From assembly GCA_963850655.1 (NCBI GenBank), contig CAWKMI010000002.1, forward strand, positions 71,404 to 135,403: 64,000 bases of DNA, in the 5' to 3' direction. Numbering within the stretch: the stretch's first letter is position 1; each line of letters opens with the position of its first letter. The translations under genes were made by a program, and so were the position numbers. Origin of the DNA: an uncultured Gemmatimonadales bacterium. Lineage in GTDB: Bacteria; Gemmatimonadota; Gemmatimonadetes; Gemmatimonadales; GWC2-71-9. Of this stretch, positions 41,684-52,314 are shown in pieces. The notes under the pieces were generated by a model, which was not told where the DNA came from, made no database searches, and saw nothing but the letters and a program-made list of their open reading frames with translations.

Positions 41684-42586
41684 ATGCAACATCCCATGGC
41701 ACAAGATTCCCTGATCGGACGGACCGTCGCCGGGTACACCATCCGGCGGGCGGTGGGTGAAGGTGGCACCGCACAGGTCTACCTGGCTGAGCACACTGAG
41801 CGCGGACGAGTCGCGCTGAAGGTGCTCCGGCCGCGGCTTGCCTCGGACCCGGTTGCCATCAAGCGGTTCCTTCGCGAGGCCGAATTCGGGGCCCGGGTGA
41901 TTCACCCCAACGTCGTTCGCACCTTCGAGTTCGGTGAGACCGACGGAGTGCAATACCTGGCACTGGAGTGGGCCGATGGCGAGCCGCTCGAGACGTTCAT
42001 CACCAAGGCGGGCAAGCTCACCCCTCCGGTGGCAGCGCATATCGTGCAGCAGATCGGTGCCGCCCTGCAGGAAGCCCACAGCAAGGGCATCATCCATCGC
42101 GACCTGAAGCCCGCGAACATCATGTACGACCCGACGACCCAGACAGCACGGCTGCTCGATTTCGGCATCGCCCGTGATGCCGAGCTGCCGGCCGAGGAGC
42201 GGCTGACGCGGGCCGGTTTCTTTGTGGGAACGCTGCAGTACGTCGCCCCCGAAGCGTTGTCGGGCGAGTTGGTCGGCGAACAGGCGGACGTCTACTCGCT
42301 GGCCGTGATTGCCTACCAGTTGTTGACCGAAGTCACGCCCTTCCCGGGAAAGAACCCCCGGGAACTCTTTCAGCAGTTGCTGACCCAGGACCCGATCCCG
42401 CTCAATCAGGCCGACCGGGGAACGAAGTTCTCGCCGCGGCTGGAAGAGGTGGTGATGAAGGGCCTCGCCCGTGACCTTGGCAAGCGCTGGAAGATGGTTC
42501 AGGACTTCACCGCCGCTTTTTCGGAGGCGGCGACCGCTGAACCGGAGAAGCCGGGCTTCTTCTCCTCGATCTTCAAGCGCAGCTAG
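41684..42586 (+). CDS. serine/threonine protein kinase (kinase domain only)
   Basis: GEGGTAQVY, VALK, HRDLKPANIM, DFGIA and GTLQYVAPE motifs. The start is ambiguous (TTG 41654, ATG 41684 or ATG 41696). Confidence 0.85.
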   Translation: MQHPMAQDSLIGRTVAGYTIRRAVGEGGTAQVYLAEHTERGRVALKVLRPRLASDPVAIKRFLREAEFGARVIHPNVVRTFEFGETDGVQYLALEWADGEPLETFITKAGKLTPPVAAHIVQQIGAALQEAHSKGIIHRDLKPANIMYDPTTQTARLLDFGIARDAELPAEERLTRAGFFVGTLQYVAPEALSGELVGEQADVYSLAVIAYQLLTEVTPFPGKNPRELFQQLLTQDPIPLNQADRGTKFSPRLEEVVMKGLARDLGKRWKMVQDFTAAFSEAATAEPEKPGFFSSIFKRS

Positions 42587-42588
42587 AC

Positions 42589-43137
42589 GTGCCTTCCGGG
42601 CATGCCGCGCTCGTCGCGCTGCTGCGAGAGCGCTCGGTCGAGCTTGGAAACTTCACCCTCGCCTCCGGCGCCAAGTCCGACTGGTACATCGACTGTCGGC
42701 TCACCACGATGTCAGCTCAGGGCCAGCTCCTGATCGGCCGCCTCGGCCTCGAGGCAATCCGGGCAGCCGGCTGGGCGCCGAAGAGCGTCGGCGGGCTCAC
42801 GATGGGAGCCGATCCGGTGTCGTATGCGATTGCGGCAGCCAGCGCGACGCGGCACATCAAGCCGATCGATGCCTTCTCGGTCCGCAAGGAAGCCAAGCAG
42901 CATGGCACCGGTCGGCGCATCGAGGGGAACTTCGCGGCCGGCGATGCCGTGGTGGTCATTGAGGACGTGATCACCTCCGGTGGCTCGGCGCTACAGGCGA
43001 TCGACGCGGTGCGCACCGAGGGCGGCACGGTGATCGGCGTGCTTGCGGTGGTTGATCGCGAAGCGGGTGGCCGCGACGCCATCGCGGCGACGGGTGTGCC
43101 GGTTGTGGCGCTGGTGACGGCCAGCGAACTGCGATAG
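42589..43137 (+). CDS. pyrE: orotate phosphoribosyltransferase
   Basis: 182 aa. GNFTLASGAKSDWYIDCR and the PRPP-binding loop VVVIEDVITSGGS. GTG start 2 nt after the kinase stop. Confidence 0.9.
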   Translation: MPSGHAALVALLRERSVELGNFTLASGAKSDWYIDCRLTTMSAQGQLLIGRLGLEAIRAAGWAPKSVGGLTMGADPVSYAIAAASATRHIKPIDAFSVRKEAKQHGTGRRIEGNFAAGDAVVVIEDVITSGGSALQAIDAVRTEGGTVIGVLAVVDREAGGRDAIAATGVPVVALVTASELR

Positions 43138-43977
43138 TCACCCCCTCCCCGGTGCCAGCGGGCGAAACACCCGCCACAATTCGACGTGCGGCCGCACGAA
43201 GCGATGGAGAAAGCGATCGAGCACGACGGCAAACGGAAAACGCGCACGGAACTCGCTCGGAGTGATTCCGAGGACCACACGAAGATGGCGCCCGAAGGAC
43301 TGTGGTGAGGCGTACTCCAGCCGATAAGCCACGTCGGCCACATTGAAGTCTCCCTCATCGAATAGCTTCGCGGCATGACAGAGTCGCACGGCCACGAGAT
43401 GGTCCTTCGGGCTTGGCAATCCGGCGCGCACGAAGCGGGAGACGAACGTCGACGGCGTCGTCGCCAGCCGCTGCGCCAGCTGTCGTACGGTGGTTGTCTC
43501 CGGTGCCGTCCGTACCAACTCCTCCCAGAATTGCCGGGCCCCCGGCTGCATGGTGCCGATGGTGTCGATCACCGGCCTGAGGATCGCCTGTGCCCGTTCG
43601 ACTGGTGGCGTGCCGAGCACTTCGCGCAATCGGCGCCACCCTGTGGCGTCGGTGGCGTCAACGACCTGGCGCACTCCGGTTGCGCCGAGTCGCAGAAGTG
43701 CCTCGGCGTCGCCAGGTTCCCGCGAGGTCACCAGCGCCACGGTCGGGATGGCAGGAAAGGCGCGGACGAATTGTTCCAGCAGGGCGGGGGCGTCGGCGAC
43801 GCAACAGCGCACCGAGACCAGCATGGCGTCGACTGGTCGTTCGCGCACCACGCGGATGGCCTCGCGGATCGATTCCCGGTGCACCAGCGAGAAGCGTCCG
43901 CTGCCGGCAGCGTCGACGCGGGTGCGCTCGGTCGGTTCGAGAACAGCAGCGATGATCGGGGTCGTCGAGCTTGGCAT
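43138..43977 (-). CDS. AraC family transcriptional regulator with N-terminal receiver-like domain
   Basis: Starts MPSSTTPIIAAVLEP. C-terminal AraC HTH (VADVAYRLEYASPQSFGRHLRVVLGITPSEFR). The N-terminal ~120 aa have a CheY-like alpha/beta pattern but lack the acidic DD pair. Confidence 0.75.
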   Translation of the reverse strand: MPSSTTPIIAAVLEPTERTRVDAAGSGRFSLVHRESIREAIRVVRERPVDAMLVSVRCCVADAPALLEQFVRAFPAIPTVALVTSREPGDAEALLRLGATGVRQVVDATDATGWRRLREVLGTPPVERAQAILRPVIDTIGTMQPGARQFWEELVRTAPETTTVRQLAQRLATTPSTFVSRFVRAGLPSPKDHLVAVRLCHAAKLFDEGDFNVADVAYRLEYASPQSFGRHLRVVLGITPSEFRARFPFAVVLDRFLHRFVRPHVELWRVFRPLAPGRG

Positions 43978-44109
43978 CAGGGTCCCTTGGTTTGGGGTCC
44001 TGCGACGATGGCAGCGACAGGTCAACCACCCCTCAATCCTCCCGCGCGCCAGATAGGGCACCGGGGGCACCAGGTCACGCGCGGCAGGGGGAGCTGGGCG
44101 TATCTTGGG

Positions 44110-44500
44110 GGACGGGTTGGACGTGATGATCGCGGTTCGGGGCAACCTGAATCGAGGAAAGTCCGAGCTCCACAGGGCAGATCGCCAGGTAACGCCTGGG
44201 CACCGCAAGGTGACGGACAGGGCAACAGAGAGTAGACCGCCGATGGCCCGAGGCGAGCGCGCAAGCGCAAACCGATGGCACAGGCAAGGGTGAAACGGTG
44301 GGGTAAGAGCCCACCGCTCCTCGTGCAAGCGAGGGGGCACGGTAACCCCCGGTCGGAGCAAGGCCAAATAGGCGGCAAGGTGCGGCCCGCACCGTTTGAG
44401 CCGCGGGTAGGCTGCTCGAGGCAGTCGGCGACGACTGTCCCAGACAGATGATCATCTCCCGCGAGGGAAACAGAACTCGGCTTACGGTCCGACCCGAGCG
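44110..44500 (+). ncRNA. rnpB: RNase P RNA, bacterial type A
   Basis: Universally conserved blocks GAGGAAAGTCCGAGCTCCACAGGGCA, GGTAACGCCTGGG, AACAGAGAGTAGACCGCCGATGGCC, GGGTGAAACGGTGGGGTAAGAGCCCACC, AGCAAGGCCAAATAGG, GGGTAGGCTGCT and ACAGAACTCGGCTTAC. P1 pairing is 44113-44122 with 44487-44496. P2 pairing is GATGATC with GATCATC. Confidence 0.9.
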
Positions 44501-44530
44501 CCCCACGCGGTCAACGCTGCGTGGGGCGCT
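44497..44530 (+). terminator. stem-loop at the 3' end of rnpB
   Basis: Perfect 12-bp arms AGCGCCCCACGC / GCGTGGGGCGCT with a 10-nt loop. No U-tract. Confidence 0.5.
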
Positions 44531-44703
44531 GTCGTGAAGCCCGTTGGTGGTCATCCCGCGACACTTCTGCCCCAGGTGCCCCGTACGGCCCCGGGCGCTA
44601 GTTTGTTGGCAGAAGGAAGGGCGGGAAGCGGCCCGGAAAAGCTCCTGGCTGCGGCGTTCATTCTACGCGTTCGCCATGACGCGTACACTCGGAGAGACAA
44701 GGA

Positions 44704-45465
44704 ATGCTGGCTGTCCTTTTGGCGCTGGTGGGCCTCGGCCCCGTCAAGCCGGTGGTTGTCGCTGCACCGGTACACTATCGCATCGATGCCACCTCGCACC
44801 AGGAAGTCGACCTGACCGCGTTCGGCCAACCGCCTCAGGTCACCGACCTGACCGCCAAGATCTTCGTCAGCCTGACGATGATGGACACCACCGGTGGCAG
44901 GCTCGCCCATGTCGTGATCGACTCGATGATGCTCGACGCCACAGGCCAGATGCAGATGGCCTACAACCAGGCCACGGCTGATTCGGCCAAGGGGTCGTTC
45001 ATCCATGCCTACATCGTCGACGGAAAGGTCAGTGGCAACGCCCAGCTCTCGCTCGAAACACCCGCAACATCGCTCGCTCGGCAGACCCTTTCGCTGCTCT
45101 TCGCGGGCACCCGTAGCGGCCTGAAGGCCGGCGGTGGCTGGGTCGACACGACCAGCTCCAGCAACAAGGCCGCCGGGGGCGGGACCCAGACGTCGTCGGT
45201 TGTAACGGACTGGAAAGTGACCGGAACCGATGGCGATGCTGTGACGCTGGAGGGCAGCGGCACCGGGAAGGTGAACATGGAGAGCGAAGCACAGCAGATC
45301 TCCGGCACCAGCACCAGCAAGAGTACGATCACCTCGCCGGCGGGCGGGCCGTCGCGCCACGCGACACTGACCTCGCAACAGGCACTGCAGGTCGTGGTCC
45401 CCAGCGCACCGGAGCCGATTCCGGTCACGGCGACTTCGACCCTGACGCTGACGTTGCTGAACTAG
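44704..45465 (+). CDS. hypothetical secreted protein
   Basis: 253-aa ORF with a GGAGAGA RBS and a hydrophobic N-terminus (MLAVLLALVGLG). Thr/Ser/Gly-rich, beta-rich body. No family recognised. Confidence 0.45.
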   Translation: MLAVLLALVGLGPVKPVVVAAPVHYRIDATSHQEVDLTAFGQPPQVTDLTAKIFVSLTMMDTTGGRLAHVVIDSMMLDATGQMQMAYNQATADSAKGSFIHAYIVDGKVSGNAQLSLETPATSLARQTLSLLFAGTRSGLKAGGGWVDTTSSSNKAAGGGTQTSSVVTDWKVTGTDGDAVTLEGSGTGKVNMESEAQQISGTSTSKSTITSPAGGPSRHATLTSQQALQVVVPSAPEPIPVTATSTLTLTLLN

Positions 45466-45571
45466 GACCGTCGGGAAATGCTCGCACCGACCCGCCGCCG
45501 GTCTCTGGACCGGCGGCGGGTCGGTGCTTGGAAGCGGTGCTCGCTCGTCGTGTTGATGGCCCCTTGGAACG

Positions 45572-46447
45572 GTGGACCCGATGCCCAGGACGCTGGTGGG
45601 ACGCAGCCAATATCAGCTCTTCGGAGTGCTCCTCGCCGCAGGAACGCTGGGCTGCGGTGGCAATAGGGCGCCCGCGACCGCGCCGCGGCCGGCCGCGAGC
45701 ATTCCGTCTCGACCAGCCATGCTGCTCCTCTCGCCGTCCTGGCAATCGCGGGTGCGGCTGGAGCGGGCTGACTCGATCATCCTGACCCTTCCAGGCGGCG
45801 AGTCCCAGGTGCAGTTGCTGACCCGGCGCGCCTCGTTCACGCTGACAGTCGGACCACGCGCCGCCGTCACCGTCCGCCTCGACTCGCTGGCGATGTCGCC
45901 GGCCCCCGGATCGGCCTCCCTGCCTCTCATCGGAACCGTATGGACCGGGCGGATGCTCGGAACTGGCGTCGAGTGGCAGACGACGGCGGGAGCAGGTCCC
46001 GTCGTCGAGGACCTGAGCGCGGACGTCCAGGGGCTCTTCCCTCGACTTCGCCCCGGCGGCGTGGTGGCGGGGTTGCATTGGGCCGACACCGCCATGACGA
46101 AGGGACGTGTCGACATCTTCGAAACCTCCCAGCGGCTGACGACACAGTGGACCGCCGGCAGCGACACCACCATCGCCGGAGCGGAACTGCTCCCGCTGCT
46201 GGCCACCGGCTTGCTGGAACAGTCCGGCCGGGGGTCGGCAGCCGGAGTTGCGATGACCATGACGGGGCAGGGTATACGTAGTCACACATACTACCTGTCT
46301 GAAAACGGTCAAATCAGAATGGTCGATCGGAGGGACTCGGTCGCTGTCCTGATCAGCATCCCGTCGTCACGCCAGATCGTCCCCACCGTCCGCTGGATCC
46401 GGAGCCGGGCGATCTTCGTCCCCCTCGCGCGTGACGAAGCACACTGA
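45572..46447 (+). CDS. hypothetical lipoprotein
   Basis: 291 aa with a lipobox (LLAAGTLGCGG). No family recognised. Weak architectural resemblance to the preceding ORF. Confidence 0.5.
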   Translation: MDPMPRTLVGRSQYQLFGVLLAAGTLGCGGNRAPATAPRPAASIPSRPAMLLLSPSWQSRVRLERADSIILTLPGGESQVQLLTRRASFTLTVGPRAAVTVRLDSLAMSPAPGSASLPLIGTVWTGRMLGTGVEWQTTAGAGPVVEDLSADVQGLFPRLRPGGVVAGLHWADTAMTKGRVDIFETSQRLTTQWTAGSDTTIAGAELLPLLATGLLEQSGRGSAAGVAMTMTGQGIRSHTYYLSENGQIRMVDRRDSVAVLISIPSSRQIVPTVRWIRSRAIFVPLARDEAH

Positions 46448-47243
46448 GCGCCGTCCCCTGCGTCGGAAGATCCGCCACGGGATTCTTCTCGCCGCGGGGC
46501 TTTTCCTGCTGTGGCTCTTCGCCGTCTGGCCACCACCTCTCTGGTACCGATTCGCCTTCCCGCGCGAGACCTCGTTCATGGCGATGCGTCGCCATGCTGA
46601 CCCGGTAGCGGCCACCAAGCGAAAGTACCGGCCGGTTCCCCTCGCCCGGATTGCTCCCGCCGTGAAGCACGCGATGCTCATTGGCGAAGACAATCGCTTC
46701 TATGACCACGGGGTCTTTGACTGGGTGGAAGTGCGCCACGCCATGGGCTTTCCGCGTGATTCGTTCGCCTGGACCAGCGCCAGGGACCGCGGTGACCTCT
46801 GGCGTTCGGTGCGGCGAACCATGAGCAGCAAGAAGAAAGCCCGGGGAGCGAGCACCATCACCCAGCAGTTGGCCAAGAATCTCTATCTCTCGCCGTCCCG
46901 GAACCCGCTCCGCAAGGTGAAGGAGGCATTCATGGCCTGGCGGCTCGAGTTCTGGCTGCCGAAGGACCGGATTCTCGAGCTCTACCTGAACACCGTCGAG
47001 ATGGGGAATGAGGTCTGGGGGGTCGAGGCGGCGAGCCGCCACTATTTCCAGAAAAGTGCCAAGGATCTCACAGCCGAAGAGGCGGCCACCCTTGCCGGAT
47101 TACTCCCGTTTCCACGTAGTAGTAATCCAGACTACCGGCCATCAAGGATGGTCTGGAGGAGAGACCTCATCCTCCAGCGAATGATGGGTGGCCCGGTCGC
47201 GGTGCCGATCGACACCGAGACGGTGGACTCGTTGAACCGGTAG
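46431..47243 (+). CDS. mtgA: monofunctional biosynthetic peptidoglycan transglycosylase (GT51)
   Basis: N-terminal TM helix. GT51 motifs IGEDNRFYDHGVFD and GASTITQQLAKNLYLSPSRN. GTG start. Confidence 0.85.
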   Translation: MTKHTERRPLRRKIRHGILLAAGLFLLWLFAVWPPPLWYRFAFPRETSFMAMRRHADPVAATKRKYRPVPLARIAPAVKHAMLIGEDNRFYDHGVFDWVEVRHAMGFPRDSFAWTSARDRGDLWRSVRRTMSSKKKARGASTITQQLAKNLYLSPSRNPLRKVKEAFMAWRLEFWLPKDRILELYLNTVEMGNEVWGVEAASRHYFQKSAKDLTAEEAATLAGLLPFPRSSNPDYRPSRMVWRRDLILQRMMGGPVAVPIDTETVDSLNR

Positions 47244-47281
47244 CGGAGAACGGCTCTCGGCGACCCGATCTCCCTTTTCGG

Positions 47282-49156
47282 CTACCGGCAGACCGGCATG
47301 GTTGGGTCCGCTCCGGAAATTGCGGGCCGGTCCTTCCGGTTGGCGACAGCTGTCATCACGTCGTGAACGAAGTGCCCGAGGCGAGCGGCATGATCGTAGT
47401 CGATGTACTGCGGCTCGTCGGTGGCCTGGTGGTAGTCGCGCGAGTAACCGGTCGAGAAGTAGGTGACCGGCACGTTCTTCTTGACGTAGTTGACCTGGTC
47501 GCTGCGGCAGAAGCGGTTGAGCGGATTGGCCGGGACGTCCCAGGTCTTGTCGATCGCCATCGGATCCTTCGCGATCGCGTTGACGGAATCGATGATGTTG
47601 CCGAACTCGTAGGAGAGGCGGCGCGAGCCGAGTGTCTGGATGGAGCTCGGTCCGCCCATCGCCACATCGGTCACCCGCCCCCTGCCGACCATGTCCATGT
47701 TGTGCGCAGCAACCACCGAGTCAAGCGGAACCGTCGGGTGGTCAGTGAACCAGCCTGACCCCAGCATGCCTGCTTCCTCGCCCTGGTGGGAGATGAAGAC
47801 GATGGAGCGCGCCGGATGTTCCTTGGCGAACTGTTCGGCGATCTCGAGCAGCACCACGGTGCCCGACCCGTCGTCGTCGGCGCCGTTCATCGTGGAATCC
47901 CGGCGGGGCGGACGGATGCTGCGAGCGCGGCTGATCAGTGAATCGATCAGGTGCTGCTGCACTTCATTGGGACGACAATTCGCGCTGGCATTGGCTCCAT
48001 CGGGCCGCATGACGGTGTTCCACGCCCGCAGCGAGTCGTGGTCGACGGCAAAGTTGTTCACACCATTGTGATCGTTGTGCGCCCCGACCAGGACATACTC
48101 GGTCGCGCGCGCCGGATCCGAGCCAGGCAGGATGGCGATCACGTTGCGGGCGGGGGTCGGCGACATCTTGAACTCGTAGTTCCAGTTGCCGCTGACCGGT
48201 TGCCCGAGGTCACCAACCTTCAGCTGATCGACCGGCTTGCCAAAGAGCTGCTGTGCCACGTCCGGAGTGATGGTGGCGCTTGGCAACCCTTCACCCGCGG
48301 GCCGCATCCCTCGGGCGACATTGAACGCGTTTCCAGGAAGGAGGGTGGCGACCATCAGAACCCCGGCGATGCCGGCGTGTTCGCCTCGCTGGTCCCGCCC
48401 GGCGCCACCACGTCCGCCGCCACGACCACCAACAGCTGGATTGCGTGCCGCCGCTGCGGCAGCAAGCAGGGCGTCGTACGCGCCCACCTGATTGGGCCAG
48501 CCCCGCTCGGGCGAACAAACCGGGGCCGCGCCTCCCGCCCCACGACCGGCCCCGCGGCCACCCGCCCCGCCACGACCGCCACCGCCGGCCGGTGCGATGA
48601 ACACCGCGACCTTGCCGCGATAGAGGGCAGGGTCGAGCTGCACCGTTGTGTCACCGGCAGGACCCGCAAACACCGTCGGGACCGCCTGGAGGGAGGCGTT
48701 CGCTGAAGCGCCACTCGCTGCCGAGGGCACCGTCGGCATCCAGTCGCGCCGAATGACAAGGGAGGTACTGCCAATCGCCAGCCGTACCGCGGTGCTGTCA
48801 AACGCGCTCGTGCCATACGGAAGATTCTGGAAATAGGTCCCGCCGTCACCGGCCGGCTTGAGTCCCAGTCGCTTGAACTCCGATGCGATGTAGGCTGTCG
48901 TCTTGTAGTTGCCGGGTTCGCCGATCCGGCGTCCCTGCATCGAGTCGTCAGCAATCTGGTAGAGCCGGGTCCGGAGGTCGTTGGCGGTGATCGCGGCCTC
49001 GGTAGGCCGCGGCGCCCACTTGAGCGGGCCCTCATCGGGCCAGACAACCTTGGGCACCGCTGTAGGCCGTGCGGTGGGCCGGGTCTGTTGGGCAAGGGCT
49101 GGGGCGACGGTGGCGCCAAGCGCCAGGGCGGCGAGGCAGATTTTGCGGATCATGGC
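47282..49156 (-). CDS. M28 family metallopeptidase with PA domain, secreted
   Basis: Starts MIRKICLAALALGATVAPALA. M28 motifs VGAHNDH, DDDGSGTV and GEEAGMLGSGWF. Confidence 0.85.
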   Translation of the reverse strand, partial: AMIRKICLAALALGATVAPALAQQTRPTARPTAVPKVVWPDEGPLKWAPRPTEAAITANDLRTRLYQIADDSMQGRRIGEPGNYKTTAYIASEFKRLGLKPAGDGGTYFQNLPYGTSAFDSTAVRLAIGSTSLVIRRDWMPTVPSAASGASANASLQAVPTVFAGPAGDTTVQLDPALYRGKVAVFIAPAGGGGRGGAGGRGAGRGAGGAAPVCSPERGWPNQVGAYDALLAAAAAARNPAVGGRGGGRGGAGRDQRGEHAGIAGVLMVATLLPGNAFNVARGMRPAGEGLPSATITPDVAQQLFGKPVDQLKVGDLGQPVSGNWNYEFKMSPTPARNVIAILPGSDPARATEYVLVGAHNDHNGVNNFAVDHDSLRAWNTVMRPDGANASANCRPNEVQQHLIDSLISRARSIRPPRRDSTMNGADDDGSGTVVLLEIAEQFAKEHPARSIVFISHQGEEAGMLGSGWFTDHPTVPLDSVVAAHNMDMVGRGRVTDVAMGGPSSIQTLGSRRLSYEFGNIIDSVNAIAKDPMAIDKTWDVPANPLNRFCRSDQVNYVKKNVPVTYFSTGYSRDYHQATDEPQYIDYDHAARLGHFVHDVMTAVANRKDRPAISGADPTMPVCR

Positions 49157-49178
49157 AGGGAACCGTGGCAGGAACAGC

Positions 49179-49248
49179 GTGAATGGTGAACCGTGAACGG
49201 TGAACAGTAGCATGACCTCGCGGTCACGATTCACCGTTCACCATTCAC
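49179..49248 (-). terminator. long stem-loop with GGTGAAC repeats downstream of dnaN
   Basis: The left arm GTGAATGGTGAACCGTGAACGGTGAAC pairs with the right arm TTCACCGTTCACCATTCAC. Begins 8 nt after the dnaN stop. Confidence 0.4.
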
Positions 49249-49255
49249 TTCGAGA

Positions 49256-50369
49256 TCAATCCAGCAACCGCAACGGCATTACCAGGGTCAGGAACGCCGC
49301 CGGATCATCCCAGCCAACCGGTTCGACCGTTGCGGCACGTTCCGGCGCCTTGAAGGTCATCCGCACTTCGTCGGTCGGCATGTACTTCAGCACTTCGAGC
49401 AGGTAATTGGCGTTGAAACCGATATCGAGCGGTTCGCCTTCGTAGGAGACCGTGATCTCTTCCTGGGCCTCGCCGAGGTCGGGTGTGGTAACCGAGAGGC
49501 GGCAGGAGCCGTCGCCGAAGGACATGCGGATCCGGTGGGTCTGGTCGCTCGCGACGATGCTCATCCGGCGGAGAGCGGCCATCAGCGTGGCCTTGTCGGT
49601 CGTGGCGACCTTGTCGTTCTCGCGCGGAATCACCTGTTCGTAGTTCGGGTACGGTCCTTCGATCAGGCGGGTGAAGACCTGGGTGGTTGCGGAACGGAAG
49701 CCGAGGTGGTTGTCGGAGCGGCCGATCTCAATCTCGTCGTCGGGACCGAAGAGCTTCCGAATCTGCTCGAGCGCCTTGGGCGGCACGATCAGCTCGGCGC
49801 TTTGGCCGTTCCCTGCCTGCAGCGGCACTTCCATCTTGGCGAGTCGATGCCCGTTGGTGGCGACCATCCGCATCCTGTCGGGCATCAGCTGCCACAGGAC
49901 GCCATTGAGGATCGGGCGGCTCTCTTCGGTACTGGCAGCAAACGCGACGTGTGCTACGAGCTTCTGGAGGTCGCGGGCGGTGGTCTTGGAGGCACCATCG
50001 AAGGTGACCTGCGGGAAACGCCGGAAATTCTTCGCGCGGCAGGCCGAGCAGCTTGAACTTGGAGCGGCCGCACTCGATGTTGACCCGCTGTTCGCCCTGG
50101 GTGGTGAAGCGAATGCCGGCACTCGGCAGTTCGCGCACCAGTTCGAGCAGCTTGCGCGCCGGCAGCGTGATGGCGCCTTCCTGGTCGACCGCAGCGGGAA
50201 CGATGGTGCCGACCGCGATATCGAGGTCGGTGCCAGAAAGCCGCAATCCGTCCTTGGTGGCTTCGAGAAGGATATTGGCCAGCACCGGCAGCGTGGTTTT
50301 GGTGGGAACTGCCGCCGCAACGGCGACGAGTCCCTCCTGCAGCTGCTCACGCGTGATGGTGAACTTCAT
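49256..50369 (-). pseudogene. dnaN: DNA polymerase III beta sliding clamp, one apparent frameshift
   Basis: The N-terminal fragment (frame of ORF 49728-50369) reads MKFTITREQLQEGL...KFKLLGLPREEFPAFP. The C-terminal fragment (frame of ORF 49256-50350) reads QVTFDGAS...NGHRLA...LVMPLRLLD. The break is at the CCC/GGG run 50013-50015. Confidence 0.92.
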
Positions 50370-50397
50370 GGAGTCCCCGATGGGCCGAAGTCGCTGC

Positions 50398-50447
50398 TAA
50401 AAGTACTACTGTAATTAGTAATAAAAGACTCTAGTAGTAGTAGTAGA
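50398..50447. promoter_or_regulatory. AT-rich element in the dnaA-dnaN spacer (candidate DNA-unwinding element / dnaN promoter)
   Basis: By hand count, 50 nt contain only 13 G/C, in a ~67% GC genome. Contains (TAG)5 at 50432-50446. Flanked by weak DnaA-box-like 9-mers TGTGGACCA (50459-50467) and TGTGGGTGA (50526-50534). Confidence 0.35.
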
Positions 50448-50612
50448 GGGTCGGCGACTGTGGACCAACTCCCGAACGTGTAACCACCGCATCCTGCTGC
50501 AGCGTTTCGCGACCGTGGAGAGACTTGTGGGTGATGGGGAGGAGTCACCGGGTTCCCCACCGGCTTTCCGCACTCGCCAACGTCTTCCACGTTGCACTCA
50601 TGCACACTGTTA

Positions 50613-52024
<1,412 letters not shown>

Positions 52025-52152
52025 AGGGTGCGGGTGAGGCGGTGACTTTAGGGAGGCCGAGTTCTACGGCCCGAATGTGGAAAAGTCAAACCTTGACCTC
52101 TGGCCGCCCAGGACGGTAGCTTGCCCGGCTCTATTTGAGGGAGTGTACTGCC

Positions 52153-52314
52153 ATGATGCCAACATATCGACCGCGCAACAAGCGCCGAATCGCCAAGCAT
52201 GGATTCCGGGCGCGGATGGCCGACCGTTGGGGTCGCGCCGTGCTGTCGCGCCGCCGCAAGAAGGGGCGGAAGCGGCTGACCGTCTCCATCGGTTCGAAGC
52301 ACGCACGCGTCTGA
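52153..52314 (+). CDS. rpmH: 50S ribosomal protein L34
   Basis: Not in the ORF track (53 aa). Hand translation: [62 protein letters not shown]. Divergent from dnaA, as in most bacteria. Confidence 0.9.
   Translation: MMPTYRPRNKRRIAKHGFRARMADRWGRAVLSRRRKKGRKRLTVSIGSKHARV

Noticed and set aside
44022-44554. Minus-strand ORFs 44022-44378 and 44075-44554, and plus-strand ORF 44105-44293.
   Set aside because: They overlap the RNase P RNA gene, whose conserved sequence blocks and P1/P2 pairings explain this region.
50398-50447. Stop codons in all frames and (TAG)5 in the dnaA-dnaN spacer, considered as a possible engineered stop cassette or watermark.
   Set aside because: AT-rich intergenic DNA naturally contains many stops, and there are no vector-like or adapter-like flanks. 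A natural DUE or promoter is the simpler explanation.
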